In this document: positions 51,451 through 64,000 of the stretch, one piece after another
Layout of the letters: each line of letters starts with the position of its first letter
How positions within the stretch are numbered: position 1 is the stretch's first letter
NCBI RefSeq assembly: GCF_018350175.1
Contig: NC_058368.1
Span: 33,668,001 to 33,732,000, forward strand
Direction of reading: 5' to 3'
DNA from: Felis catus
Taxonomy: Eukaryota
DNA length: 64,000 nucleotides
Position numbers and translations under genes: made by a program
The notes under the pieces: model-generated
Databases searched by the model: none
Seen by the model: the letters and a program-made list of their open reading frames with translations, nothing else
What the model was told of the DNA's origin: nothing

Positions 51451-52788
51451 TCAAAATGCAGCAGTAAAATATACATCTTTTTTTGTTGTTCTTTCAATCA
51501 TTCTGAACAAATGATTGTACTTCAGTTATGTCTGACACACACAGAATGCAAAATGGGGTGAGGAGCATCTTATTAAGTGTTGACCATATTCCACTTGCTC
51601 ATTAACTTTTTTACAAAATCTCTACTCAGTACTTTTAAATAAGAAATACTGTTAGGAAAACATCAGATTAAATTCAATAGTCTTTTATTTACTACCTGCA
51701 TATCAGATGCTGTACTAGTCAGTAAATGTAGAAAAATAATTATGCCACAGTCAACGTCCTCTAGGAGTCCAAACATAGAAAAGTGGAATGGTCAAGGACA
51801 ATGCTATCAGCCTGGAGGATGAAGGTGAACAACTGTTTCAGGGGGCCACTCAACTCAAACTAGGAAGAGGAAAAAGGAAGCAGAATCAAGGAATTTCCAA
51901 CTTCAACTTCAACTGAAACTTCAACTGAATGGAGACGTGCAAAGTGAGCCAGGGAGACCCAAGTTTCTTCAGTTTTAATAGCACACTCCTCATCCCGTGA
52001 CACTGCTCTTCAGGGAAAGCAACCATCATGGCTCCTCAGGCCTCCTGTGGAAGGATTTAAGCTGGACTAATACTCCTTGTCCTGACCGCTCCCCCTAGAC
52101 TCTTCATCTATTCCTCTCTAAGGAAGGAGAAGTGGGTTATCCGGTTAATAAGTTTGGAAGAATGCTCCTCTTTGGAGCAAGCCTGCATTATGGACAGATG
52201 TGTTCTGGCCTGTTTTCTCAGCCTTGTGGTGAGCTTAGGGAGCTGGCGATGCTCTGGTGGAGCAGCCCGCAGTCTTCCAGTAACTGGGTAAATAAGTTGA
52301 TCCAATTCTAGGAGGTGTTCTCCAGTCCTTTGGCTGTGTATCTAAGCCATGTCCTTTACTCCTTTGATCTATTTTTTATTAGCAGTAAAGCTGACAATTT
52401 GGTCTCCATCTGTCTGACTCCTGTGTCTATTTCTAAATTTATTCCAAGTATGGGCAGTAAAGAAGGATGCTATTTAGGGACTCATTAAAACTGCAACCAT
52501 CACTTCCAAAACGTCCTCTTAAGTGGTTAAACACATACAGTTTAGTTTTGGTGATTAGTTCAGAAGCCTAGAACCTTATTCAAATACAGTTTGGGACCTG
52601 ATAGCATCTCTTTTCCAGAGTCATGGCCAAGAACTACACACCTAACAGCTACGGTTTTTAAATTAATGAGTTTATCCTCTCAGCTTGACTCCCTTGATAG
52701 TTCAAAAAGTAGCAAATAATACAAATCTATCAACACTGAAAAATAACTGTGAGTGCTTTACAGTATTGCTCACATGTTCATTGTGCTG

Positions 52789-53165
52789 CGGTCTTAGTTG
52801 ACTTTGGCTACCATAACAAAATACCACAGACATCAGACATTTATTTTCTCACAGTTCAGGAGGCAGGAATTCTGAGATCAAGGTAGCAGCATGGTCAGTT
52901 TCCAGCAGGCCTCGCTGCCATCTTGCTGTGCGCTCACATGACCTCTTCTTTGTGCATACAAAGAGAGGGAGCAAGCACTCTTGTGTCTTCTTGTAGAAGG
53001 ATACCAGTCCTGCAGGATCAGAAGCTCATTGTTATGACCTCATTTTACATTAATTACCTCCTTTTAGTCCCTATCTCCATTTCTAGTCACATTGGATGTT
53101 AGGGCTTCAACACATGAATGGCCGAGGGTGGAGGGGGTGGGGGGGTGTACAATTCAGTACATAAA
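52789..53165 (-). mobile_element. MaLR solo LTR (MLT1A-like)
   Basis: gtcttagt..ccataacaaaataccacagac...tctgagatcaagg...ttagggcttcaacacatgaat. Confidence 0.8.
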
Positions 53166-56140
53166 AATAACCTTTGCAATAGAGTAACAATGACTAATTT
53201 ATCTTTATTAATCACTTTTTCTCTGCCGGTCTGGGCTGTGCTTAAATTTAATCCTTAATCTTATTTTGTTATTACTATCTGTTTTTAAAAATGAAACTAA
53301 AATTAAAGAAATTTCAGTAACCTATCAAAGGTAGCTCAGTGGCAGGATTAGAATATAAATCTTGCAGTCAAATGTTGTCATTCTTTGTTATCTCTCGGCC
53401 CGGGTTGGTTCCTATGCCTTGTGTACCTCCGTTTGCTTGTTGCTAGGGATTCAAAGACATGGGGTCTGCCTTTGTGAGTGGGAAGAAATGCAAACACGAA
53501 TGAAAATTAGTATGTTGATTAGTTGCTTCAATGGTATTAAGTCCACATGTTTTAAGTATATACTACTTATTTTCTCCTTCTTCTTTTGGTCCTTTTCTAA
53601 GCAAAAATGTTGCCCATGATAGAGGCTGGAAAGAACATAGGGCTAGCATACTCTGACAGGCAAAAGTGAATGTCAGTATAAACTACATAGATTCCAAACA
53701 ATAAGTAGGCAAAGAGAATTTGTAGAATGTTTCTAGGATGATACCACAGTGCTGGGGATTTGGGTAAACAACAGTCTCAATAAATTACTAATATAAGTCA
53801 TAATACATTAATTAATTTTATGTATGCATTGTAAAAGTTAGGATCTAGAGAAATTTTTTTCACTTTTTCAAACTCTGGGGCACTGTAATCTATTAAAGCT
53901 GTGTATATGTTTGAACTAATAAATTAATTTGTTCGCATATTTACTTATTTAATTTCTTATTACTGATACTGCAGGCATTGTACGAGTAAATAAATCCTAC
54001 AAATTCCTAATTTATGCCCAGAGATTAATTTGTTCACTAAACACGTCCCAATATGTTCTTGCTTTGAGGCTGTAATACTACTGATACAGATAAAGACAAA
54101 GCTGAATATTTCTGTTGTTTCCTATTAGCTTATTTTTATTTCCTTCTAATATCCCTATATTTGACTAATTATATTTGGACTTGTTCAGAAAGCATTTTAT
54201 TTTAAGTAAAAGGAGATAATTCCTAGGTTATTTTAATTTGTATTTTTAACAAACATCTGTCTTCCTAACGGAGACCTTTGCATGACCCAGCAAAACAACA
54301 TGCTATCAATTAGAATTAATATTATTCAAACAGATCTTATAGAAGCCACGGCAGAAAAATAGAGCTTGGATAAATAATTTCTAAGGCAGTGCTGATAAGA
54401 GGTAAGAAAAAATAAAACAGATGTGTTTCATTCCTTTTCGTTTTCCTCCCAACGTGAAGTAAATAGCCCCACAGAATATGCTATTTTGACAATACTCAGA
54501 GAAATTTTCTTTAAAAGATGGTTTCTGAGGAGGCAACCTAGGAGATTTTAGAATAAATTATATTATTATTTTCTTCTAGGAAAAACAATATTACAGTCAA
54601 AATGGATATACCCTTTCATTGAACCTCTTCCTAGAATTCTTTCCAAAGTTGCCTTTACTTTATCATCCAGCAGCATGTTCTCAGCCCCACTCCCCTCTGT
54701 TTCTCCTTTAGCAAAGCACCACTTCTGCTATAGATCTTCAACCAGAACAAAAGCTTAGCTTAAAATGGCTTGGATATAATTCAGACCGTAGAGGCAGAAA
54801 GCACTGTGAACTTTTAAGGCATTTTCACAACAAAAATGCACATTTCGAATTGGAAATTTCTGTAAGATAAGATAAGGTCCATAGTGTTCCTTTATTGATG
54901 CACTATGCAATGCAATTTTTATACTCTCCTATCTCCTGTAATAGAAAATATGACCTGGAGCTACACATAACACTGGTATTTGGAACCATTACAGGCCTTT
55001 GTAAAGTGTATTATGCCTTGGTGATACATTCAGAAGAAATCCAAAAGCATATAAATCTAACTATTGCCCTTAAACTACACCTTTGGGTGAGATTTCAAGT
55101 TTTCAGAATCTGAATGTTTCTTAGCAGGTTAGAATTTTAGAACCATCGGCTATCCCTCAAATGAATGTTTGACCTCTCCCCAGACAGGAACGGGAAGGGA
55201 TAAGAGAACAGCATAAAGATGGTAAAGCTATTTTTTATAACAGAGGCACCATAGTAATATTAAAGAATATATCATCTAGAGATATAAACATGCATATGTG
55301 CACACACAAACATTCACAAAAACACGCACGTCTAAATTCTTTACCAACCTTTCTCCCTTTGCCCTGATTTACTGTTCTAAATACCATTTTTGACCACTTG
55401 ATACACTGAATACATATTAATTTGTTTTGTCTCATTCATCTATGTCTCTACACTTACTGACACATAGTAGGGTTTTAACAAATATCTATGAATGATGAAT
55501 AAGTGCATATGGAGAGAGACTTTCTACTACTTTCCTTATTCTATTATATACTGTTTCTAAAACAAAGCTCAGTATCAATTTATTTGATTTTTAAGTATCT
55601 TGGCAACTGTGCCCCTACTAGATGCCCAATCCCTGTTTGATGGCTGTGAGGCTACAAAGAAAATTAAGACAAGGAACTGTCAAACATAGAGTTTTACTGA
55701 AATCTCTTCTGCTTGAATGTGCTTTATTTCATCAATGGAGAAATAATCACCATTACCACGATATTGGATAATTAGGTAATACACAGAATGTTCTTGCTTA
55801 TTAGGGAAAATGAAAAAAAAAATAAACCAACCAATTGGCAGTTTTTTTTTTCAATACATAAACGCATGTGGGTAAATTTATATAATTGTATAACTAATAC
55901 AATTTTTATTAGTAAAAAATGTATATGGAGAATCAGATAATCATGTGGACTGGAGATGTGGTATAACTATAAAATCATGTGTTAAGATTTTCTTCAGGGG
56001 AATTTCTAGATTAGAGAAAAAAATTTAAAAACCTTTGCACTACAGATCAATGTTTGTGATATGGAAATTGCAGATGTAGGTATAACTTGATCAATGTAAA
56101 ATTAGAAGGACGGTTATCTATCTTGGATGAAGTAGATACA

Positions 56141-56296
56141 GGGGCACCTGGGTGTCTCAGTCATTTGAGCATCCGACTTTGGCTCAGGTCATGGTCTCAC
56201 CGTTCCTGGGTTCCAGCCCAATGTCAGGCTTTGTGCTGATTGCATGGAGCCTACTTCAGATTCTCTGTCCCCCTCTCTTTCTCTGCTCCTCCTCTG

Positions 56297-56334
<38 letters not shown>

Positions 56335-56390
56335 GTCTCTCTCTCTGTCTCTCTCAAAGATAAATAAACACTGAGGGGAAAAGTTAAAAA
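56141..56390 (+). mobile_element. Can-SINE with expanded (CT)n
   Basis: Head GGGGCACCTGGGTG, long CT/CTGT tract, AATAAA. Confidence 0.9.
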
Positions 56391-58287
56391 GATATGCAAG
56401 AGATACACTTATGACTAGAGGCAGAAATGTTTTTTTTTTTTTAAAGAAAGAGCTTTTAAGAATTTTTCTATGCTATCGGCTCTTTATTTTTAGGCAATAT
56501 TTTCCTTTTAACTATCTATGCATCATGTTATTCACCAAGATATATTTGTACCTCTCCTAACATAAACACCAGCACATAGTAGACTCATAATTTTAAAACC
56601 ATACTTTGACTTACTTCTATGCTTTATAATTATGCTTAAATATTAATTTATGCTGACAGAATATACAATATGATTTATAAAATTTTACTCCTTTTCATAG
56701 ATTTTTTAAAAGATAGCATTTAACAATATTGACTAATGTAATAATATAATAGGTTATATTATTATAAAGTAACCTAAACTTATTCAATTAAAATAAATGC
56801 TATAAATTTGCATAATTCAGAACTAAAACTCATTACTAAAAATATTTCCTTTATCCTCCTTTTCCTTTTTACTCAGATTACATGCTTATGTTTTGAAGTA
56901 GATATTTTAGTATAAGTAAAATATTTTAATTAGATTCTTAAATTTGTTTTAAAAGTAAGGAAAATCATTAAAAAATATTACTGTAAAATATTTTAAGTCA
57001 TCAGTAATAAAACATGGTTAATTTTTCAAAAACATGACTGACCTGATTTTAATATTGATAAAAAAATATTTTCCTCAAATAATAGGAACAGAAAGAACTC
57101 AAGGATTGCATTTGAAAATAAATAAATCATAAAAGTACATGTTTTTAAACATACATTCCCACGTGCCCCACCAGGGTCAACTGTATTTGAAGCATGTCAC
57201 TAAAAGATATTAGTATAGAAATTAATTATTTTATTATCAACAAAAAAAACCCATGGAGATCACTATATGTGTGGGTAAAGAATTGCAAAGCATGCTTGTT
57301 GTTGTGAGTGTCAAACTTTTGCACTGCACATGTAAACATGTGTGAAGGGCTCCAGGTATAATATGTATGCAATCTTAACTTTTCAGACTAGGTCAAGAAA
57401 AGGGTGGAGAGATCAAAGAAAAGAATAATGCGTACTCTAAGGTGTTTATAGTACATTATGTAGTTCTGTGCACCACTCTGAAATAGTAGAGAAAATTCGT
57501 TTATAAAAACCTATTGAAGCTATAATTCAGTTTGTATGTTATTACAGGCAACTTCAATGCTGGGATTGTTCAGGGTTTCTACCTCTAGTTTTCTATCTTT
57601 TTTTTTCAATGTAATCCATTAGGTGAGTGTTACTTTCCTTACACGTTGTGAAGATATAAACCATTGTTGTTCTGAGCGCAATCATCATCCTCAGAAGAAG
57701 CCAATCTTCAACCAAATTCCTCTTCTTCTTCCTCTTCTCCTACTCCTCCTCCTTCTCCTCTCTTCCTCATTCTCTCTCTCCATCTTCCCTCTCAAGTCAT
57801 GTTTACTTTTCCTCAATTGTTTTCAAATTGCCTGGCAGTTTTTGTTGTTTAGCAATACACAAGGATGGAGCAGGGGACAATCAATATTCCCTTTGTGAGC
57901 GGTGAAGGAAATGGAAAAGAGATGAATTACTCCCAATATGATAGCTACTGAAGAAAAAAAAGATAGGCAAAACATTATATACAAAATTAGCTTAATGTTC
58001 TAGAAAAATAAAAAGTGTGAGCAGTACAGAAAAAGTTTTGGCAGGAAGACTATATAACTATGTTAACAGACTATTTCAAGTGTAGGGATCATCATGAACA
58101 ATTATTTTCTTCTATATTATTTTCCATTGTTTCAAGACTCAATGAGGATGGATTTTTAATTTAGACAGAAATTATTTTCTGTAAATAAATAGTAACAAAA
58201 CACCTAATTATGTTACTTATTCAAGGTATTGCAGGGCTAGAAAATGATCTTTCTATTTTTATTCAAAAATCTTTCATCATAGAACTA

Positions 58288-58502
58288 GGGACACCTGGGT
58301 GGCTCAGTTGGGTAGGTGTTCAGACTCTTGGTTTGGGCTCGGGTCATGATCTCAAGATTCGTGATATCGAGCCCTGAGTAGGGCTCTGTGCTGACAGCAC
58401 AGAGCCTGGTTGGGATTTTGTCTCTCCCTCTCTCTCTGCCCCTCCCTCGCTCATGCCCTCTCTCTCTCTCTCATTGTCTCTCAAAATAAACTTAAGAAAA
58501 AA
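58288..58502 (+). mobile_element. Can-SINE
   Basis: Head, body, (CT)n, A-rich tail. Confidence 0.9.
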
Positions 58503-58702
58503 TTTTTTTCTTTCCTATGATTATAATCAGCCTTGTAAAAAGCTGAGAAGTGAAAATTAGACCTACATAAAAAGATTTTTGTAATTTGCATTACCATGAT
58601 TCTGTAATTTTAAAAGTAATAAATGAAAAGGCAATTCAAGTGGAGAATCCATTTCAGGGATTTAAAACACCATTACACTTTTTAAGAATGAATTTGCACA
58701 CC

Positions 58703-58736
58703 ATGCTTGCTTCGGCAGCACATGTATTAAACTGGA
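58703..58736 (+). pseudogene. RNU6: 3'-truncated U6 snRNA retropseudogene
   Basis: atgcttgcttcggcagcacatgtattaaactgga versus U6 5' end GTGCTCGCTTCGGCAGCACATATACTAAAATTGGA; about 18-19-bp TSD 58684-58702/58736-58753. Confidence 0.88.
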
Positions 58737-60521
58737 GGAATGATTTGCACACCTCTTTAAACTTAATCTGTTTTCAAGAGAAAGAGAAGGTCTGCCTTCT
58801 ATGTTATAAGAACTGTATCACTGGAGAGTCTCAACAAGAGCTCAAATAATGTGATATATGAGTAGAAAAACAATTCCAAGCAAAAATAAATTAAAAATAA
58901 TAAATAAATATCATTTGTATTTGCAAGGAATGAAGGAAGCATATTAATAATAAATTAACAAGAAAAACTGAAATATTGTAAAAGAATGTATAATTAAAAA
59001 TAAAAAAAAACTAGCACATGAATATAGAAAGAAAATTATAAAATCTTACTTTGTTGAATTTAAAAAGCCAAAACTAAAGCCTTTGTCTTGGATGACTTAG
59101 ATGTTAGTACTGTGCTTGAGTGACATTTCCTTGGTGGTGGGGTTGAAAATATTTTTAATGTGAACATTAAAATAGAAATTTAAAGACTAGAGAAAAAAAT
59201 AAGAAAGGAAGTAAACGCGGTAAACCACGCCACTCACAGATTATTGCTAATATTTTAATGTGTGACACTCACACACCAAATTAATATACATCTGGGATGG
59301 TAAACTGGTGATGGTAGCTAACATATCTCTATTTTTTAAACAAATTCTTCAGCAATAGTTGTTGCAGTACATTTTTCTTCTTAATATTCTTGTATTTTAT
59401 GTCTTTCTGTTTTTATAAAGGGGTTGTTTCATTATATGACCTAATTGATTATTTCTATGTAGAAGAAAGTTTTCAATCCATAATATATTAAAGTTTAAAG
59501 GCAATGTTTATAATTCAAATAATCTCATAAAATGTTTTATTGGATCAAGTATTCAAATTTATTTAATGTAGTATTTTTAAATTTACTTTAAGGTTTCATT
59601 ATTCATATATCTTTAAAGAACTGATATTGTACTCTATAAACTGTTTTATACAGTGTATGCATTTATCTGTTTAGCTTTTTGTTTGGTATGTCGCCCAACT
59701 TTTTTCCTACTTATTACTTCTATGTTATAATTATTTCTATCTTACTATTTCTAAGGTTGCTGTTCAGCTGTTCCCTATTTTCATTGTGTGGTTCAATTAA
59801 CACTCAGACATTTCTTTGCAACACAATTTTCTGGAAATTGGTGTTTCCCAAACTTTGTGCCTAAGTAGTCATGAATTTCAAGAGAGTTAATTAATGCATT
59901 ATCTGGGCTTAGGTGGTATTTTAAAAATGAATCTACAGGAGAAGGAGTGCGATAATTAAATGACATCAGTCTTATGACTCAGACTCTGTGTTACAGCTCT
60001 AAGACCGTCAGTGGGCAACTGGCAAGGTATCTCTGAATGACATTCTCTAGACAGGGAAGCTCACAGAACTGTATTTCAATTTCAACTGTATGCTCTTAAT
60101 CATTTACGAAAATATGATACAAGATAAAATCTCAGGATAAAACTAGAGATCATAGGGATTATATTTTGGTCTTTCTCTGTCTAGATACAAAGTCATTTTA
60201 TTACAGATGCATATCCAATTGGGCTCATAACAGGTACTCTCTCCAATATTATACTGCTTGCAAAGTTTCTTATTCTAGGGAATTGTAAATTGATAATTTG
60301 ATGGCTTGTCTCAGTATCCTTTCATGTATTAAATTTAAGCTGGCAAGTCAAGAATTACTAAATTATTCCTATTTCTGTTCTAATCGTTTAAAATATGCAT
60401 ACATATTCACAGATTATTTTTAAAAATATAAAGATAGAAGATAAAAATAGCTAAGGCGACAGCGATTTCTTTCTTCACATAAGAGTATTGTTTTAAATCA
60501 TATAGTTAACGTATATATTAA

Positions 60522-60620
60522 CTCATTTCCAGAAAAAGAAACTAAGGCACAGAGACGTTACACAGCACGCCTAAATTGGCAAAGCTAGTCAATGCTGAAG
60601 CCAGAACTCTGGCCCAGCAA
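60522..60620. mobile_element. MIR SINE relic
   Basis: gaaactaaggcacagaga core. Confidence 0.6.
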
Positions 60621-60849
60621 TCTTGTTCTACCACATTGTACCACTCCTGCTGCAGCCACACTTTGTAGTCATGTGGAATGTCTACTGTCACTCAAAAGCA
60701 TGCATTATCTATTGTATTGCTGATTTCAGTAAATAGGAAAAAATGGGAGTAGAAGAATCCACCAGAGCAAAAAACTCAGGAAATTGTCGTAAAAGTTTGT
60801 AATGTTCGCTGAAGCATCTCATTAGAAAATGCATTTTATTAATGTTTCC

Positions 60850-60983
60850 ACAAAAAATACAGGATGCCCAGTTAAGCTTGGGAATACCTGGAACATGTTT
60901 ATATTCGAACACATTTTCCTGGTTATCTGAAATACAATTTAATGGGGCATCTGGTATTTTTGTTGCCTAGATATGGAACCCTA
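60850..60983. mobile_element. MER53-like palindromic hAT MITE remnant
   Basis: aaaaatacaggatgcccagttaa ... ttaatggggcatctggtattttt...accct inverted arms. Confidence 0.7.
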
Positions 60984-61121
60984 ATTTTATAAACTAATAG
61001 ATATTACAGATCATAAAAAACAACACAACATAGGTAACCAAAGAACTTTGATGGCGTATATTGCATAGCTGGAACTTTTATAAACTCAAATTCTCAATTA
61101 CACAATTTTAAACTGTATGGT

Positions 61122-61337
61122 TTAATTTTTTTAAGTTTATTTATTTTCAGAGAGACAGAGACAGCACAAGTCGGGGAGGGGCAGAGAGGGAGGGATAGAG
61201 AGAGAATCCCAAGCAGGCTCCGCACTGCTAGCATGGAGCCCAATGTGGGACTCAAACTAATGAAACTGCGAGATCATGACCTGAGCCGAAACCAAGAGTC
61301 GGTTGCTTAACCAACAACTGAGCCATCCAGGCACCCC
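61122..61337 (-). mobile_element. Can-SINE
   Basis: Reverse body; approximate TSD beginning taaactg. Confidence 0.9.
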
Positions 61338-61813
61338 TAAACTGCTGGTGTTTTTAAATCAAACAATAAAATCATCTAAATCAGTGTTCAACTGCCATTC
61401 ACAGCAAGAGACATAGAAAGCAGTTTTTGCATGGTTCATAGCACTCAGAAATGACAGATATAATTTTAAAAACCCAGAAATATATGTATATATGTGTGTG
61501 TGTATACATACATATATATGTATATATGAACATGTATGTGTTGTCTGTGTGAATATGTATATATATGCATATACATATATATGAAATACAAAACACTTCA
61601 TTGAGTAAAAATATAAAATGTCTCTACATATCAGAAATGGAAAAGACATTCTAAATTTCCATAAACAGAGGTCAATATCATCTGTGCTTCACATCTGGAA
61701 TCTGGGTTTGGTACTGTTGATATGTAGGCACTGAAAATAGGTAAGAGAAGAAGAAGCCTGAAATATAAGAAAGGATGCTGTAACTCACTGGAAATTAGAA
61801 AAATGTAGATTGA

Positions 61814-62046
61814 GGGGTGCCTGGGTGGCTCAGCCGGCTGAGCATCCAACTTCAGCTCAGGTCATGATCTCACAGTTTGTGGTTCGGGCCCCGCATCAGG
61901 TTCTGTGCTGACAGCTCAGAGCCTGGAGCCTGCTTCGGATTCTGTGTCTCCTTCTCCTTCTGCCCCTCCCCCGCTCACGCTTTGTCTCACTCTGTTTCTC
62001 AAAAATAAATGAATGTAAAAAAATGTTTTTAATAAAAAGAAAAGAA
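61814..62046 (+). mobile_element. Can-SINE
   Basis: 17-bp TSD agaaaaatgtagattga 61797-61813/62047-62063. Confidence 0.95.
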
Positions 62047-64000
62047 AGAAAAATGTAGATTGAACAATAAGAAAGCAGGATTTCATGTCCTTGATATGGG
62101 AAGAATTTTAAAACCTGACAATATTAAGTGTTGGGAGGGATCTAGAACAAAAGCAACTTTCATATACTGATGGAACTGAATTGGGAAAATGACAGTTAAA
62201 TTTTAGGATGGACTCTTGACACCTTTTATGTATGCACTATAATATTATAGACTGTAGCCACCATGCTGAACATCACAGCCAATTTCAGAAGCTTGGCAGG
62301 TTTCCAAAATTCATATACCGAGATGCTTTTCTGGAACTTAATTCTTGCTAATAAAAATATTACTTGGTAGTGGTAACTTAAACTATGATTTTCCTCCCAA
62401 GGAATGGTATTATTCAGAATATCATGTGCCAAAACTATTCAAAACCATTTATTGAGCACGGACAGCGAACCAGGAACTATGGCTTATTCCTGGAAAATGA
62501 AGACATAACTACCTAAAGCCTACTTTCCCCTCAAGGGCATATTTAAATACCAATTACCAGACAGGGTAGCAATTTCTTAAACTGATATTAATGTAATGAT
62601 AACAGAGAGAAAAGGAGGTCAGTGCAAGTGTAGTTTTCCAGTATAGTCCCGCACTGCGTTTGCTGTTTAAACATGCAGCCTGGTCCAAAATAGATGAAAC
62701 TATGGTTTCCAAAGGAAGTAAGGCCACATTAGTCCTTTGGTGCCACATCAGGAAGTATCGGTTTTATCCACCAGAAAATGAATTGCCTAAGGCAATATGC
62801 ACTGTCGTATAAAAAAGCATTTGCCTAAGAAAATATAAAATTAAATATTTAAAAATACAGATGTACTTCTAGCTTATTATCAATTTATTTTCAACAATGG
62901 CAATATTGTAATTCTATTAAAATTTTTAACGTATATTTTGATTTCCTTTACTGGAAATTATCTTCTAGACTTGTTCACATTTAGCTCCTCCAACATTTCC
63001 AAGAATAGTTTTTATTCTTTTTAAAAATTAATTGCAAGAATCATTATTTCTGAGTGAGATTGCTAATTATAACACTTCCTTTAAAAATGTGCATCCGATT
63101 CTAGTTTTTGAAGAAATGTTCTCAACTATAAAAGAAAATCTTTTATGCATTTTGTTTGAACTGATCAATCACATTAAAATATAATTACCATACTTTAATT
63201 TGTTTTTTAACAACTTTGAGTCACTTCCCACTACCAGGCTATCTTTTGGTCTAGCTCTCGTTTTTAGACATTTTAACTGAATTACATTTTTTTAAAATAC
63301 TTTTGTCTCCAGCCATGTCTTTACACTGCTTTTAGTCACAGTCTTCAAATCATAAACTTCTTATTTTAGATTTTGTTTGTAGGGATTATAGCGTTCAGAT
63401 GTCAGGAAACAATTCACTCTTGACGGTTTTGTTACCACATACTGAAGATTGTCTTTGTGCTTCAGACATCTTTTTGTACATTTCCACATTAAATTGCTTT
63501 TTTCTGTTTCCGTATCATTTCGTCCTTTTCCACTGGTATTCTGTAATCTTGTCACTGACAATCAGCTATAGCCTTTAACTTTATCGGAAACATCACCTCA
63601 CACATTGGCATGAATTTTCTTTCACATTTTAATTCTACGCGCAGCAAACAATTTTGAATATCTTCTACTTAGTGAAGTAGATGTGTCTTGAGCTCTAAAT
63701 TCTTCCGCATTCTGTCATGTCACCTTGGGGAAGTGACCTAATTTCAGTATTTCAGCTTCCACATGGTACGATAGCAGGGAGATAAAAAAGGGCACATAGG
63801 AGCTGTGAAGATAATAAGTGCATCGCTCTGTGCCAATGTGAAGTGTGGTAGGAATAGGGCAAAAATGAAATACTACGTCTTTTCGTTTCATTCTCGCGTT
63901 CTCATGAACGTATCTTGCCAATGTGGTGCTCCGCCCTCAAGTGGACATAATATTGCTTTGCCAGCAAACACTTAAGCTGATAGCAACTAAGGAGCTATTT

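Noticed and set aside
51920..52510. GC-richer block with a 65-aa ORF
   Set aside because: Probably a decayed LTR; could not be assigned, and peptide not recognised
63361..63561. 66-aa minus ORF and an overlapping plus-strand open frame
   Set aside because: No paired splice signals or recognisable homology
1..64000. CRISPR arrays, operons, defence systems, true tRNA or rRNA genes
   Set aside because: Mammalian repeat-rich DNA; tRNA-like boxes are SINE heads and no regularly spaced repeat-spacer array was seen

Overview
AT-rich mammalian genomic DNA from a carnivore, almost certainly a felid (abundant tRNA-derived Can-SINE/SINEC_Fc-type elements and a felid-type LINE-1). It looks intergenic or deep intronic, and I recognise no intact host gene. 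Main features: (1) a full-length, young but inactivated L1 on the minus strand (1482-7437) with TSD, YY1 site, ORF1 and ORF2; (2) a long ancient plus-strand L1M (about 13.7-21.6 kb) carrying nested insertions, including an RPL37 processed pseudogene that the ORF track misses; (3) a 5'-inverted (twin-primed) L1 fragment with two nested SINEs; (4) a tailless 3'-truncated U6 retrocopy with TSD; (5) about 23 Can-SINEs plus LTR, Tigger/hAT, MIR and L2 relics and microsatellites. The least expected observation is a 131-bp local duplication of apparently unique sequence placed inside a (TA)n/(CA)n microsatellite about 2.2 kb from its source. There is also one candidate minus-strand exon and a rise in CpG at the right end. 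I found no evidence of a new multi-gene system. Repeat subfamily names are from memory of consensus sequences and need RepeatMasker/Dfam confirmation.
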